Assembly: GCA_963775685.1 (NCBI GenBank)
Contig: CAVZJV010000001.1
Location: 32,001-96,000 of the forward strand
Direction: 5' to 3'
Origin: Candidatus Bathyarchaeota archaeon
GTDB lineage: Archaea > Thermoproteota > Bathyarchaeia > Bathyarchaeales > Bathycorpusculaceae
Length of the DNA stretch: 64,000 nucleotides
This document shows positions 42,196 to 53,135 of this stretch, piece by piece. A program made the position numbers and the translations under genes. Below the pieces are notes generated by a model. The model had not been told where the DNA came from and made no database searches. It worked only from the letters and a program-made list of their open reading frames with translations. The number at the start of each line of letters is the position of its first letter. Position 1 is the stretch's first letter.

Positions 42196-43250
42196 TTTGT
42201 TTTTCTTTTCCGTTCATTTTATTTTCAGTTGAAAAAAACAGTCTACATTTAAATTCTTCCAATTAAACAACCTTTCAGATATTATATTTATAAATAAACA
42301 AAATAGATCTGCAATTTTTCAACTAAATAACAACTTAAGACCATAAAGCTTAAATAATTTTCGGTTTAATTGTCATAAAAAATAACTTGAAAATACGTCT
42401 ATAACCAGGGTAAAAAGTTTGAATCAATTTAGCCAGATTACTAAAAAAGTCCAAAACCAAAAATTGATTTAGAAAAAACCTGATTCTTATAGGCACCCAA
42501 AATAATCTTTAATTACAGACAACTACCATTATTTTCCAAAGGATCGCTCTATTGTTTGCCTATTTGCTCTAAGTCACTTTGTTGCAGTTCAGCTTACTCT
42601 TCCCAAACAAGTTTACCCACTCCAGCGGTATCCAGAACTTCACCGACACTTATTTTGGAGTCGATCCTTACACCATCTATATCCTTTAAACAAATACTAT
42701 GCCGAGATATGGTCAAACCCAGTTATTGTTGACGGAGTAGTTTAAGTTGGTGTTGAGAGCGTTCATATTTAGGAAGTCTATACATATGATTAACCTCTTG
42801 GAACTGGAAAATGCACAGTTACAGTTAAAAAAGTGTCCACTATATGTGGGGAGGAATTAATTTTTTTCCTCTCCGCCTTCTGCCATATGTATGAAACCGA
42901 AAACTGCTTATGCGTTACTGCATTAGATAAGGGATTGATGGAAACAATGTTTTCTGTCCAACAAGGAATCATATTCTTCGAATTAAAAATTTTTAGAGGT
43001 ATAAAGAAATGACATCGAAAAAATCTAAAGTAAATAGTTTAGCACATAATACGGACTTCAAATATCGACTCAAAGAGGTCCAAAAGAAAAATCAAAGCCC
43101 CAACAAAAGAATTGAGACATTTTTGCCCATTTCAAATGAAGCGGCACCAAAAACTAACTAACCATGGAAATAATTGATGCGCCCTTTTCGGTGAATTTGC
43201 TGTAAGGATGCTGTCAATGATTAAAACTTGTTAAAATTTTATTAAAAATT

Positions 43251-43478
43251 CTATAGCTTGGAAACGGTCAAGTAGTTGTTGTTCATTTTGCATGACAAGG
43301 CTCTTTTTTTAACAAATAGGTTAATTGCGGAACGATCATAATCTCCTCTGATCTGTAATCGATACCCGTCTGGTTCATCGTGTTCAATAAGAACTAATTG
43401 GGGATTAACAAGGTTGTTAGCTCCTAATTCATTTAATAAAACTATTGCTTCTTCTTTCTTCATATGCTTTTCCACCAT
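43251..43478 (-). CDS. Small hypothetical protein
   Basis: 75-aa globular-looking ORF. Confidence 0.55.
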   Translation of the reverse strand: MVEKHMKKEEAIVLLNELGANNLVNPQLVLIEHDEPDGYRLQIRGDYDRSAINLFVKKRALSCKMNNNYLTVSKL

Positions 43479-43910
43479 ATCAATTATGAACCGTACAAGA
43501 TTAAGATTATGCAGTTAAATCAAATAAGCCAATGGATTGATTCTTACAAATGAAAATAGATAATTATTTGACAATATGAAAGGCTTATGGGTCTTGGTTG
43601 GTTTGTTAGGTTAGATGTTAGGTTTAAAGGCAGTACTTGCAATCTTCAAAGCTCCTCTTTCTCATGTGATTTAACGCCATCGATTCTAAGTTGAGTCTCA
43701 GGCGGCTTAATTCCCTTCAAATAATGCTTTATCCAAATCTCACAATAACCCACACAAGCGCAAAAATCAGAAGCCGACGATGTGATTTAACCATAAAATC
43801 GCCTTCGGACGCTTGCTTTATCTCTATCATAACCTCACAAACCGCAAAGAGAGTAAAAGCCATTAAGTCAAATTCAAAATACCCCTCTAAAAAGAAAAAG
43901 TCGATTAACT

Positions 43911-43949
43911 AGTAGAAGAAAAAACTTGAAAAAATCGCGGTTCTTCTTC
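43911..43949 (+). repeat. Island hairpin repeat copy
   Basis: AGTAGAAGAA-aaaac-TTGAAAAAAT-cgcgg-TTCTTCTTC. Confidence 0.65.
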
Positions 43950-43999
43950 CAACCAAACATTATCTATGGGTATACACGAAAAATCAGAATTTCGCTAAA

Positions 44000-44043
44000 G
44001 AGCTGGGATGGGAGTTGAACCTGTATATCTGGTCTGCAGTCTG
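44000..44043 (-). pseudogene. Degenerate 3' half of a tRNA-Cys(GCA)-like sequence
   Basis: Minus strand: GA-CTGCAGA-CC...AGG-TTCAACT-CCC-ATCCCAGCT (anticodon loop, T loop, acceptor 3' strand); no 5' half. Confidence 0.4.
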
Positions 44044-44053
44044 TAAGGGAGAT

Positions 44054-44449
44054 CTATTGGATGCTCTCTAATGTGGAAGCGTTTGTTGTAGGTGTTATCT
44101 TTTTGATTAATCGGGCATCTTCTGTTATTAATCTAAGATCTTTTACTTTAGCAAAATAAGCATATGAAGCGTCGTAAAAAGTAATCTTGAGTTTTATTGC
44201 TGTATCCAATATTTCCTCTTCGCTCCCCGCTACTTCTATTAGGTCCATTAAGTTTAGGATATGATTGATTGTTTTCTCCATCATTTTTGCTTCTTGCTCT
44301 GAAACTTTAGCATGTAAGACACAGTCTTTCCAAATGATGTTTCCCAATTCATATCTTGCTAACTCTATCGTGTAGTTTCCAGCCAAAAACTCGATTTTGT
44401 TTTCTTTAACGGCTCTAAAAATGGCTGATGAATCAAAAAGAAACTTCAT
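44054..44449 (-). CDS. vapC: VapC PIN-domain toxin
   Basis: FLFDSSA, YELGN, TFYDASY, LITED PIN acidic motifs. Confidence 0.9.
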   Translation of the reverse strand: MKFLFDSSAIFRAVKENKIEFLAGNYTIELARYELGNIIWKDCVLHAKVSEQEAKMMEKTINHILNLMDLIEVAGSEEEILDTAIKLKITFYDASYAYFAKVKDLRLITEDARLIKKITPTTNASTLESIQ

Positions 44450-44679
44450 CGGCTGTCCCGGTCTTTTCTAATGCTTTTCACGATGTCTTCGACACTGACC
44501 TTATCAAGTATTGGCTTTAGCTTGTCTATCTCTACTTTTAGCTCTTCCATTTCTCTTTTCTTTACTTCATCTTCAAGGGCTTTTCGCAAAATCTTGGATG
44601 GCTTGATTTTGAATTTCTGAATTTTTTCTTTAAGTTGCTTGGGGATTTTTGTAGAGACGGTTGCGGATTGCTGTACCAA
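44446..44679 (-). CDS. VapB/CcdA-like RHH antitoxin
   Basis: TVSTKIPKQLKEK...ILRKALEDEV, SIRKDRDSR; 4-bp overlap with vapC. Confidence 0.85.
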   Translation of the reverse strand: MVQQSATVSTKIPKQLKEKIQKFKIKPSKILRKALEDEVKKREMEELKVEIDKLKPILDKVSVEDIVKSIRKDRDSR

Positions 44680-44829
44680 ATTACTCTCACCAAAAATTAC
44701 TACTTTAAAGTAAGATAAAATAGTTTCCATAGAGTGTAAGAAAATTATTAATCATCTGTCGAACAGAGGTGAGAGTTGAGCTCATTAGTCCTATCCCAGA
44801 GTAGAAATTTCGCTCAGTGAAATTAACAA

Positions 44830-44871
44830 AAGAACAACAACAAACTGGAATTTTGGCGTGTTGTTGTTCTT
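44830..44871 (+). repeat. Island hairpin repeat copy with covarying arms
   Basis: AAGAACAACAAC-aaac-TGGAATTTT-ggcgt-GTTGTTGTTCTT, a perfect 12-bp inverted repeat. Confidence 0.7.
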
Positions 44872-44997
44872 CCGATAAAAACAGGTTTATTTTTAGGTCT
44901 ATCGAGCCGCAGCTTTAAGAAAATATTTTTGTTGTTCTGGTCCTCATTTTGTCTACACAACACATATATGATTTCTTAATATTCTTGCAATCACCTG

Positions 44998-45633
44998 GTG
45001 GCCGAATTGGAAAGCAATCAACAAGTCGTAAAAAAAACCATACTTAGCAAAAAATTAATCGCAATAATTATAGTGGCGGTTATAGCAATTGCAACAGTCG
45101 CCTCTACTACGGCGATTTTAACGACAGGCAACAAATCACCCAATAGCCAAATTAACACGGAGAATAGTTTGACAGATAACCAGAATAGCCCGGAATCTTG
45201 GATCAAAAAGGGAGCTTATGCAACCTATGCAGGCCAAGCTGAAATCTTATCTTTGAGCATCGCCTTTAGCGCGAGAATAGAAATAGTTGATTTCAACCAA
45301 ACTCACCTGCAAATATCCACCGACTACATCATGTCGACATCTTTCGGTGCAACAGAAAACACAACCACGATCTGGGTGAGCAGAGAAGACATGAATTTCC
45401 AACCAGAAGACCTACCACTAAACAACACGTACACTACACAAATAACCATACCGAACCTTGGAACAAGAACCTGCACCGTTTACGAATATAGCAACGAAGG
45501 AATCAGCGCAGCCTACTATGTGGACAACAGCGTCCAATGGCCAATCAAAATGGTAATGACCTCGCCAGCAGTTGAAGGACAAACCTACAACATGGATATA
45601 AACCTGGTAGATACAAACATACCCGGCCTCTAA
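44998..45633 (+). CDS. Membrane-anchored beta-rich secreted protein
   Basis: N-terminal TM helix, Asn/Ser linker, beta-strand-rich domain ending LVDTNIPGL. Confidence 0.7.
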   Translation: MAELESNQQVVKKTILSKKLIAIIIVAVIAIATVASTTAILTTGNKSPNSQINTENSLTDNQNSPESWIKKGAYATYAGQAEILSLSIAFSARIEIVDFNQTHLQISTDYIMSTSFGATENTTTIWVSREDMNFQPEDLPLNNTYTTQITIPNLGTRTCTVYEYSNEGISAAYYVDNSVQWPIKMVMTSPAVEGQTYNMDINLVDTNIPGL

Positions 45634-46039
45634 TAATTGCCGGCTATCAAATTTGTCTGGGTAATGGGTATTTGCTTAAATGAGCTTTAATTTGTCTTCT
45701 TTTTATCTCCTTAAAATCTTTGCGTCGGAGCAAAATTTTTGTGTACCAAATTGCATTTTGTATTAAAGAACTTCTTCTGAGAGCAAGAACTTCCATTACT
45801 GAGAGGTAGCATGCAAGTGTGTGTTTTTATTTTTTGTTCTTGTTGAGAGAGTAACATAGAGAGTTGGGTTTGGGGATTAAATCTTAATCTTTTTCCCTTT
45901 CGTAACTTCCTAACTACTTAACTTCTCTCCACTCCTATCTACTCCTCTTCTCACAAAATACAAAACCTAAACCTAAAAAAATAAAACTCACACACAAAGA
46001 CTATATGAATAATATCAGTTGAATAATATCAGTCAGTCA

Positions 46040-46934
46040 TCTTGTTTATTCGAGATAGTCAAAGTTCTTTTTTAGATTTTTATTTTAGAATTTGACATAT
46101 TTCTTTATTGTTCGAACATTTGTTCTATGGAAAAATGACATAAAAATTCAGCAATTTCCCAAGTTCATAAAGTATGTCGATTGTCTGTTCCCTAACTTTA
46201 ATTGTGCCGTTGTTTTAAATTTCAAAATTAAAATGTGCTATGGCATTCTTAATTTTCGATTTGCCTCATTGTTAAATAATTCAAAACCAAGTTCTTTCAA
46301 GAACGCTTCTTTAATCAGAGCATACCAATGTCTGAAATGGCTTCAAAATAACGTGCAAATCTATTTTCGAATGAATTATAAAGGTCATATCCCAGCAAAA
46401 CAAGCAAAAAACACACATAATTCATACCGTTGGAAAATCCTCCTTCTACAAGAGGCAAGTAAAATATCAGTTAAGAGAAAAGGGTATTGGCATTTCTTTC
46501 TATTGATAAAATATATGTACCGAATTTCGTTCGAATAGAGTTTTCTGGTAAAAGCGGAGCTTCTTAGAAGTAATAGAGTGACCCGTTTAGTCGCTGTTTC
46601 TCTCTTGAAGTTTCCTTGCTTCTCTTTGAATCTGTTCTAGAGCATATGCAATTAGTAAGCATAGACCGTTGTTTCCCACAAGCATTTCGCTGTCTTTTAA
46701 TGAAGTAGCCATATCGTAAAAAATATTCTCAATTTCTTCTTCTGCATCGGGTTGCAACTTTAGTAATGATAAGTCAAGGTGTGTTTCTGCAAAAGGAAAT
46801 TTCTCTTGCAGCTCTCGAAGTATTGTTCTTTGTTCGCATAACTGCCTGGTTTCTTTTATCGGCATACCTTTTCCTTTGTCAACGAGCATGTTCAAATTAA
46901 AAGTCAAATAGGTCAATAGGCTGATTTTTACCAT
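46040..46934 (-). pseudogene. Decayed gene with a HEPN-like R-N-x-x-x-H motif
   Basis: ORF 46587-46934 plus downstream fragments EAFLKELGFELFNNEANRKLR / NAIAHFNFEI*NNGTIKV. Confidence 0.45.
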
Positions 46935-46991
46935 GTATTGAACCTCATAGCAGTGTCATTCGAATCGATTATTAGTTTTTCTATCTTTGCT

Positions 46992-47156
46992 TTAGCACGA
47001 AGAATCTAAAAAATTAAGCTTCGGTTTTTCGTCCTTCAAAACTAACTTGTAACATTCACATTTAGGTTTAGTACATACTCTATCTAAAAAATATGAATGT
47101 TCACTTTTAAGATGTCCGCACGTGCACATTTCATCTTTAATTTTAGCTTTTTCCAT
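46992..47156 (-). CDS. Small Cys/His zinc-binding protein (54 aa), not in the ORF track
   Basis: MEKAKIKDEMCTCGHLKSEHSYFLDRVCTKPKCECYK... Confidence 0.6.
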   Translation of the reverse strand: MEKAKIKDEMCTCGHLKSEHSYFLDRVCTKPKCECYKLVLKDEKPKLNFLDSSC

Positions 47157-47372
47157 CAAGATTTCTCTGTGTTAAATAAACAACTTTAGCCTTGAAAAGG
47201 TTTTAGGTGTGGTTCTAATTAAATTTTGGTGCACACACACAATTTTTATTATATTTTTTTCAATAACCTATAAACCGCTAATTGCAAATAAACATTTATG
47301 GTGATAACGCTAAAATGGGTAAATAATCTTATGTTACTTTGTATTATGTGAAGTAATGTGAGGGCTGCTTCG

Positions 47373-47609
47373 ATGGTGAAAAATGTAATCGATTTAAATG
47401 AAAGGGACAGCCGAGTAATCAACATAGTTAAGGCAAAGTATGGGCTCAAAGATAAAAGCCAAGCTTTAAGCATAATTATCCAGCATTATGAAAAGTGTGA
47501 ACTTGAACCCCCGCTTAGACCCGCGTTTGAGAAGGAAATAGAGGAAACCGTTAAGAACGGCAAATTTGTCAAAGTTAAGAATTTCGCGGAAGACTACGGG
47601 CTAAAGTGA
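47373..47609 (+). CDS. DUF2683-like antitoxin, copy 1
   Basis: MVKNVIDL..VINIVKAKYGLKDKSQA...LEP.LRP; followed by a truncated toxin start. Confidence 0.75.
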   Translation: MVKNVIDLNERDSRVINIVKAKYGLKDKSQALSIIIQHYEKCELEPPLRPAFEKEIEETVKNGKFVKVKNFAEDYGLK

Positions 47610-47644
47610 TTGCTTGTGCAGCCTTGAAATTGAGGAAGAAAGAA

Positions 47645-48043
47645 ATGACAAAAGAAGATATTTACAAAGACTATGGCAAGTTCAGCGGTGTCAAAAGTAG
47701 GTCAAAAACCAAAACACAAAAACCTCCAAAGAAACTAAACCAGTGTTCCAAATGCGGCAGAGTAGGCGACGAAATGACTAAACACTCCCTCACAGGTGAA
47801 CATAAGCCACCTTTCATATGGCTGTGCAGGCAACCATGCCACGACGAAGTGCACAAGTTCGGCCTAAAAATGACAAAAGAACAAAAAGCAGCACTAAAGC
47901 GGCAGCCACCCTGCAGCATACAATTTCCCACAGAAAACAACATAGCCAATCCTTATACAAAACTGATTGAGCCTGAATCGCTGGAGGGGGAAAAATTCAA
48001 GCAGTCTTTCAAGCGAATAAATTCTGAAAATGAAGAAACGTAA
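47645..48043 (+). CDS. HNH-like zinc-binding protein
   Basis: CSKCG...TKH...LCRQPCHDEVH pattern. Confidence 0.55.
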   Translation: MTKEDIYKDYGKFSGVKSRSKTKTQKPPKKLNQCSKCGRVGDEMTKHSLTGEHKPPFIWLCRQPCHDEVHKFGLKMTKEQKAALKRQPPCSIQFPTENNIANPYTKLIEPESLEGEKFKQSFKRINSENEET

Positions 48044-48364
48044 TACTCGAGAACAAACTGTAGAAGAAGAATAAATCGTGTTTTTTCCAAGCAGCACATG
48101 TTTTTTTTCTTTCAAACTTCAGCATTGCAGTACTCTCAAGAGAAGAAGAACAACATTTGAAAAATATTGCAGATTAAAGCGTTTTTCTATCGATTGCATG
48201 CAATGTTGCAGCAACCAACAATTGGTTAACTGATAGAAGAAGAAACGTAATAGATATGGATACAGGTTTAACCCTGCTTTCGATGGGGTTAAAGAGTTAT
48301 AATTAATGAACAGTTGAAAACTGGCTGCTAACTTTTTTCTATCAGTTCATCCTTGCGTTTGTGT

Positions 48365-50250
48365 TTATGGTTGTTTGATGGTGAGGATGCGTCCATAGTT
48401 GCTGTGGACGTTGATTATTCGTGTTTCGCTTTGGGCTATGTTGCCTATGTCTTGGTATCCAGGAAGTTCATCGATGTAGTTGCCTGCAAAATCGAAGGTG
48501 AATGGCACGTTTTGTTCTTGGTCGCTAAAGTTTAATGCTATCAGGCTAAAGTTTTGGCCGTCGACACGGTGGAAAATAAGGATTCCTTTTTTTGTAGGTT
48601 GGCTTGGTCGTCATGGAAATAAGCTTCTCCTTGTCTTATTTGGGGGTTTTTTCTGCGGATTTTAATAAGGTTTCTGACGAGACCGACTGTTGATTTGCCG
48701 ATCTGATCGTAGAAGTAGTCCCAGCGTACTGGTCGGAAAAGAAGCACACGTCCCATTGATGCGGTGTCTGAGGGGTTTGGCAGGTAATAGTTTTCTGCGA
48801 ATTCTTGGCCTTGCCAAAGCAGTGGAATCCCTTTAGCCATGAGCATCCCGATTAGGTATGGTTGCAGTTTATAGAATAAGCTTCTGTTTCCCTGCCAAAT
48901 TAGCGGATCTCCCTCTACATTGCTGAAGTTGCAGATGAATCGTGAGTGGTCATGATTTTCAAAGTATTGGAGCGCAGTCTTTTTCAGAGTGTCTCCGTTG
49001 GTGGTTTGTACTCTTGGGAATTGGTCAAGGCAAAACATGAAGCCCAAATTTGTAAGTTCGTTCATGTTTCCTTTGGCGATTTTTTCGCCTGCGTTAAGGG
49101 TTTTGTCTTGCCAGGTTGTGTTTGAGTAGCTCTCTGTTAGAATTCCTTTTGGATCGTTTAGTTGTTCGGCACATTGGATAAGATTGATTTTTTCGTTATT
49201 GTAGAATCGTTGCCAATCTGGGTCATCTTTCTTTGATTTTATTAGTTGATACGTTTGGTACGTAAGTGCCGCATATTTATTTCCGGTGGGGCCATCCCAA
49301 AAATTAGGGACATTATCGTAGCGGAATCCATCTATGTGGAATTGTTTGAGCCATTGGTAGTTGACTGTGTAGAAGAAATTTTGTGTGAATGCTTTGTCGT
49401 AATTGGGAGTTTTTCCGTATTCATCGGTGCCTTTTATGAAGGGGTTGTCTTGGTACTGTAGAGCATCGTAAATGTAGAAGTAGGCAAAGTCGGCGGCTGT
49501 GTGGGCGTATACTGAGTCAACGATAACTGCTATTCCATGTTGGTGCGCTGCATCGATGAGTTTTTGCATATCTTTTCTGTTTCCAAAGCGTTCGTCCACG
49601 CCAAAGTAGCCGATGGGTAAGTAGCCCCAATCTATTGTTGCTGCAACATTGGATAGAGGCATTAGCTCTATGCAGTTTATCCCTAAGTCTGCTAAGTAAT
49701 CTAATCTGGCTATGGTTTGATCGACGCTTCCGCCAAATTCGTTAATCATTAACTCATAAATTATTAGGTCTTCTAGATCTGGCGTTTTCCAGGTGGCTTC
49801 GCTTGGACTCCATTGGTATGGCTTGTAGCCTAAGGTTATGGCTGAGAGTTTGCCTATGCCAAATTCACTGGCGCAGGGGTCGATAATCCAATCTAGCAGT
49901 TTTTGGGGGTATTTGCTTTCGTCTAGGTTTGGGTTTTCCAAACAGTATCGGTAGACGTATCGTCCATTGGTTCCCCAGACTGAATCTGGTGTAGGTTTAG
50001 CAATTGACGGTATGTCTAGACTTGTTGACCAGTAATCACCATAATCCGGATCTGTTGAATGATCCAATTCAAATTTGAGAGGCTGGATATTTTGAAGAAA
50101 CTGATCTTTCTCGTGGATAATTTTGACGAAAAGCTTGTTGCCGTCAACGGCTGATATCCATGGTAAAAAGATTCCAAAATTAACGGTTCCTATTGGTCCT
50201 TCACGAGCACCTAGTTTAGTTAATGGCAGAAGTTTCAAAAGAATCCCCAT
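48365..50250 (-). CDS. GH13 alpha-amylase-family (branching enzyme/trehalohydrolase-like) enzyme; frameshift in an A7 run near 48590
   Basis: IIYEL, IELMP, WGY, DSVYAH, DGFRYD, AE and ENHD motifs; C-terminal beta domain continues in another frame to 48365. Confidence 0.88.
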
Positions 50251-50600
50251 AAGCTAAATGGTAATTCTAGTTTTTTAACACTCCTACGTTAGGAAGATTA
50301 AGAAAAAGGGAAGCTGTTGTTTACCTTGAAATTTCACATAGAACAGCTACTTCTAAGATTATGTTTTTTTTAGCTTTCTCCTTTTAAATGCATAGGTTGC
50401 AGGCGATTTTTCTTAAAATTGTGGGACACAAAGAAGTGTCAAAAGATAGAATTCGAAAAGCTGAGCATGTTAACTACTGCACATAATGGTAGGTTCTAAA
50501 CGTGGGTAAGTTATCGGTTCTCTATTGTAAGCGATGTAATTGTTTTTATTCTCAGAGCTTCATAGGGGTAATTTGGAAACAGAAGGAGTTGAAATGAAGA

Positions 50601-51590
50601 ATGAGCTGGGCATCTGATGCATGGAATTGGGTTAAAGATAAAGCAGGAGAGGTAGGTAATGCTATTGGGGATAGCGTAAAGACTTTTTCTGGAGGGTTAA
50701 TTGACTTTTTTACTAATGCTAGTGCTGTGCTTGAACGGTTTAAAACGGTTGAACAGCCGAAAATTGAGGCTATTATGGATTCGGTTGATGGTAACCTTGA
50801 GGAATCAAAAGAAGTTCTCGAACAAGTGGACAAACTATTTGTGACAAAGAAGAAAATACCGCTTGGAGTAACGGAAATAGACCAACTGCCTGGTTTCACC
50901 AAATTGAAGCTTCAGTTTCTATTGGATGAAGTAAATAGCCTTGAGAGCTCAGTGACAAGGGATTTGACGTTGTTATCTCATTATAGAGCGATCAAGGCGG
51001 GTTTTCAGCCGACTGATTTACAGATTCAGAACGAGATTGATTCGATAAAATTGGGCATTTTCTCTAAAAGTTCGCTTGATGATATAACAAAGAAATCTCT
51101 GGACAATGCTGCAAAAGAAACTGTAGCATACATGCCTCCACCAGTGCTTAGTTTAACAAAGGAACTTACTCCCACAATAGACAAATACTTTGCATTAAAC
51201 TCCAGATATGAATCTTTCAAGGCATACCAGATTTTCCATTGGGGAGAAATCGACAAGCTACATGGAGAAATCGACAAGATTAAGTATGCATACATTGAGG
51301 AACCTGGCGTAATTCCGAGAACTTTAGCAAATATTGAGAATATTGTTGCCAGAGTCAATGCGGAAGAGCAACCAAGAATCGAGAAGATAATGGACTCAGT
51401 AAATGGAAACTTGGTGGAGTCGCAAGGGATACTCAACAAGATAAATGGAATTGCAGGAAAAGTAACTGGTTTTGTAGGCAACAACACTCTATTGCTTAAG
51501 ATCGGTATTGGCATTGCAGGTGCCGGAATTGTTCTTACCTTAATATTAATACCCATATTGTTAATCAGATGGATAGTTTGGGGCGTCTAG
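50601..51590 (+). CDS. Helical hypothetical protein with internal repeat and C-terminal TM anchor
   Basis: EQPKIEAIMDSVDGNLEES and EQPRIEKIMDSVNGNLVES duplication; hydrophobic C-terminus. Confidence 0.7.
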   Translation: MSWASDAWNWVKDKAGEVGNAIGDSVKTFSGGLIDFFTNASAVLERFKTVEQPKIEAIMDSVDGNLEESKEVLEQVDKLFVTKKKIPLGVTEIDQLPGFTKLKLQFLLDEVNSLESSVTRDLTLLSHYRAIKAGFQPTDLQIQNEIDSIKLGIFSKSSLDDITKKSLDNAAKETVAYMPPPVLSLTKELTPTIDKYFALNSRYESFKAYQIFHWGEIDKLHGEIDKIKYAYIEEPGVIPRTLANIENIVARVNAEEQPRIEKIMDSVNGNLVESQGILNKINGIAGKVTGFVGNNTLLLKIGIGIAGAGIVLTLILIPILLIRWIVWGV

Positions 51591-51644
51591 CGAATATTCA
51601 CTTTTTTATTAGCCCAAGAACCTTTTTAGTTTAGAAGCTAATTT

Positions 51645-53135
51645 TCAGTGTGAGCTTATGAGTTTTTTCCCGATTTTCAACACTTCTTTTACCATAGTCT
51701 CGAAGTCTTCCCGGCGACTCCTATGATTGGTGTTAGCCACACGAAGAACATATCTGCCATTGATTACTGTCCCTGTTAAAACGGCAATGCCGCTTTCCTG
51801 TAACTCAATGGCAATCTGCTTGTTAACTTCATCAAGCACAATGTCATCTACCTCAGTTGAAACAAACCGGAAGCAGACAATATTAAGGCTAATGGGTGCT
51901 GAAAGCTCCAGATCAGACGAAGCTTCGATTAGTTCGCCCAAATAAAACGCTTGATCGATGTTCTGCTGAATTATCCTAGCGTATTTCTTTGAGCCATGCT
52001 CTTTAATCGACATCCAAGCCTTAAGCGCGTGAAATCCTCGTGAAAGCTCATAACCGTAATCGCTAAACCAAGGTAAATCGCCTCCAGCAACACCGCGTTC
52101 TCCTTTCCCGTGAGCAAGGTAATCAGGCGTTAAAGAGAAAGCCTTACGATGATACTTTTCTTGCTGCACTAGAACACATCCAATTTCGTAGGGCATGTAC
52201 ATCCACTTATGCAGATCCAAAGCCAACGAGTCAGCCAACTCAATTCCCATTACCAATTTTTTTGCTTTAGGCGACAGGCGAGCCCAAGCACCGAACGCTC
52301 CGTCAACATGGAACCAAAGTTTTTCTCTTCTGCATAAGGCAGCCAAGGAATAAAGGTCATCAACGCTTCCGGTGTTTGTTGTGCCTGCAGCTCCAACAAC
52401 GCAGAAAGGCGCGAAGCCCTCTTTGCGGTCTTGTATGATGGCTACATTGAGCTTTGCAACGTCAATTTGGAAATGATCGTTAACCGGCAACAATCGCAGG
52501 GCCTCATTTCCAAGTCCAAGAAGTTCAACCGCTTTCTGAATTGAACTGTGGGCTTCTTCGCTGGCATAAAGCACCATCTTTTCAGGTGAAAGTTGCAGTC
52601 CTTTCTTACGTAGGTCAAAGCTTGCTTTCATGTTGCGCGCGACTGCTAAACCGATCAAGTTAGAAGCTGAGCAACCGCTGGTTAATATTCCGCTTGCTGA
52701 AGCTGGAAATCCAAGCATTTCCTTAATCCAGTCCAGGACCTGTTTTTCAACGTGGTTAGCGATATGGTTGCCCCCTCCATTGTTTGTGTTCATAGAGGTT
52801 GCCAACAGTTCGGCAAAGGCACCAGTTACGGTTCCCGTTCCCAGTATCCAACCCCAAAAGCGTGGGTGGATATTTCCCATTGGATACGGCAACACTTTTT
52901 CCACAAATTCCCGGTAGACTTCTTCAGGTTGTTCAGGATTGAGCGGCACGGGTGCAGTAAACTGGGATTTGACTTGATCGGGAATATTTTGCCAGACAGG
53001 ACGCTCTCGAACAGTTTTCAGGTAATCTATTATGTCGTCAATCATCTTGTGACCTAGCTTTCGAGTAGATTCCCAATCTTTAGGATCTAGCGTTTCTTCA
53101 GTCGTGGCTTTGTTGGTTTCTCGCGTCACATTCAT
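51645..53135 (-). CDS. Group II PLP-dependent (aromatic amino acid-type) decarboxylase
   Basis: HPRFWG, AHSSIQKA, AGTTNTGSVD, HVDGAFG, DLHKW (PLP lysine). Confidence 0.92.
   Translation of the reverse strand: MNVTRETNKATTEETLDPKDWESTRKLGHKMIDDIIDYLKTVRERPVWQNIPDQVKSQFTAPVPLNPEQPEEVYREFVEKVLPYPMGNIHPRFWGWILGTGTVTGAFAELLATSMNTNNGGGNHIANHVEKQVLDWIKEMLGFPASASGILTSGCSASNLIGLAVARNMKASFDLRKKGLQLSPEKMVLYASEEAHSSIQKAVELLGLGNEALRLLPVNDHFQIDVAKLNVAIIQDRKEGFAPFCVVGAAGTTNTGSVDDLYSLAALCRREKLWFHVDGAFGAWARLSPKAKKLVMGIELADSLALDLHKWMYMPYEIGCVLVQQEKYHRKAFSLTPDYLAHGKGERGVAGGDLPWFSDYGYELSRGFHALKAWMSIKEHGSKKYARIIQQNIDQAFYLGELIEASSDLELSAPISLNIVCFRFVSTEVDDIVLDEVNKQIAIELQESGIAVLTGTVINGRYVLRVANTNHRSRREDFETMVKEVLKIGKKLISSH

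Noticed and set aside
46092-46538. 148-aa plus-strand ORF
   Set aside because: Antisense to the decayed HEPN-like gene, with non-protein-like composition.
47318-47355. Xer/dif site suggested by TTATGTTA
   Set aside because: No inverted XerC/XerD arm pair; it is simply the leader duplicated with the antitoxin gene.
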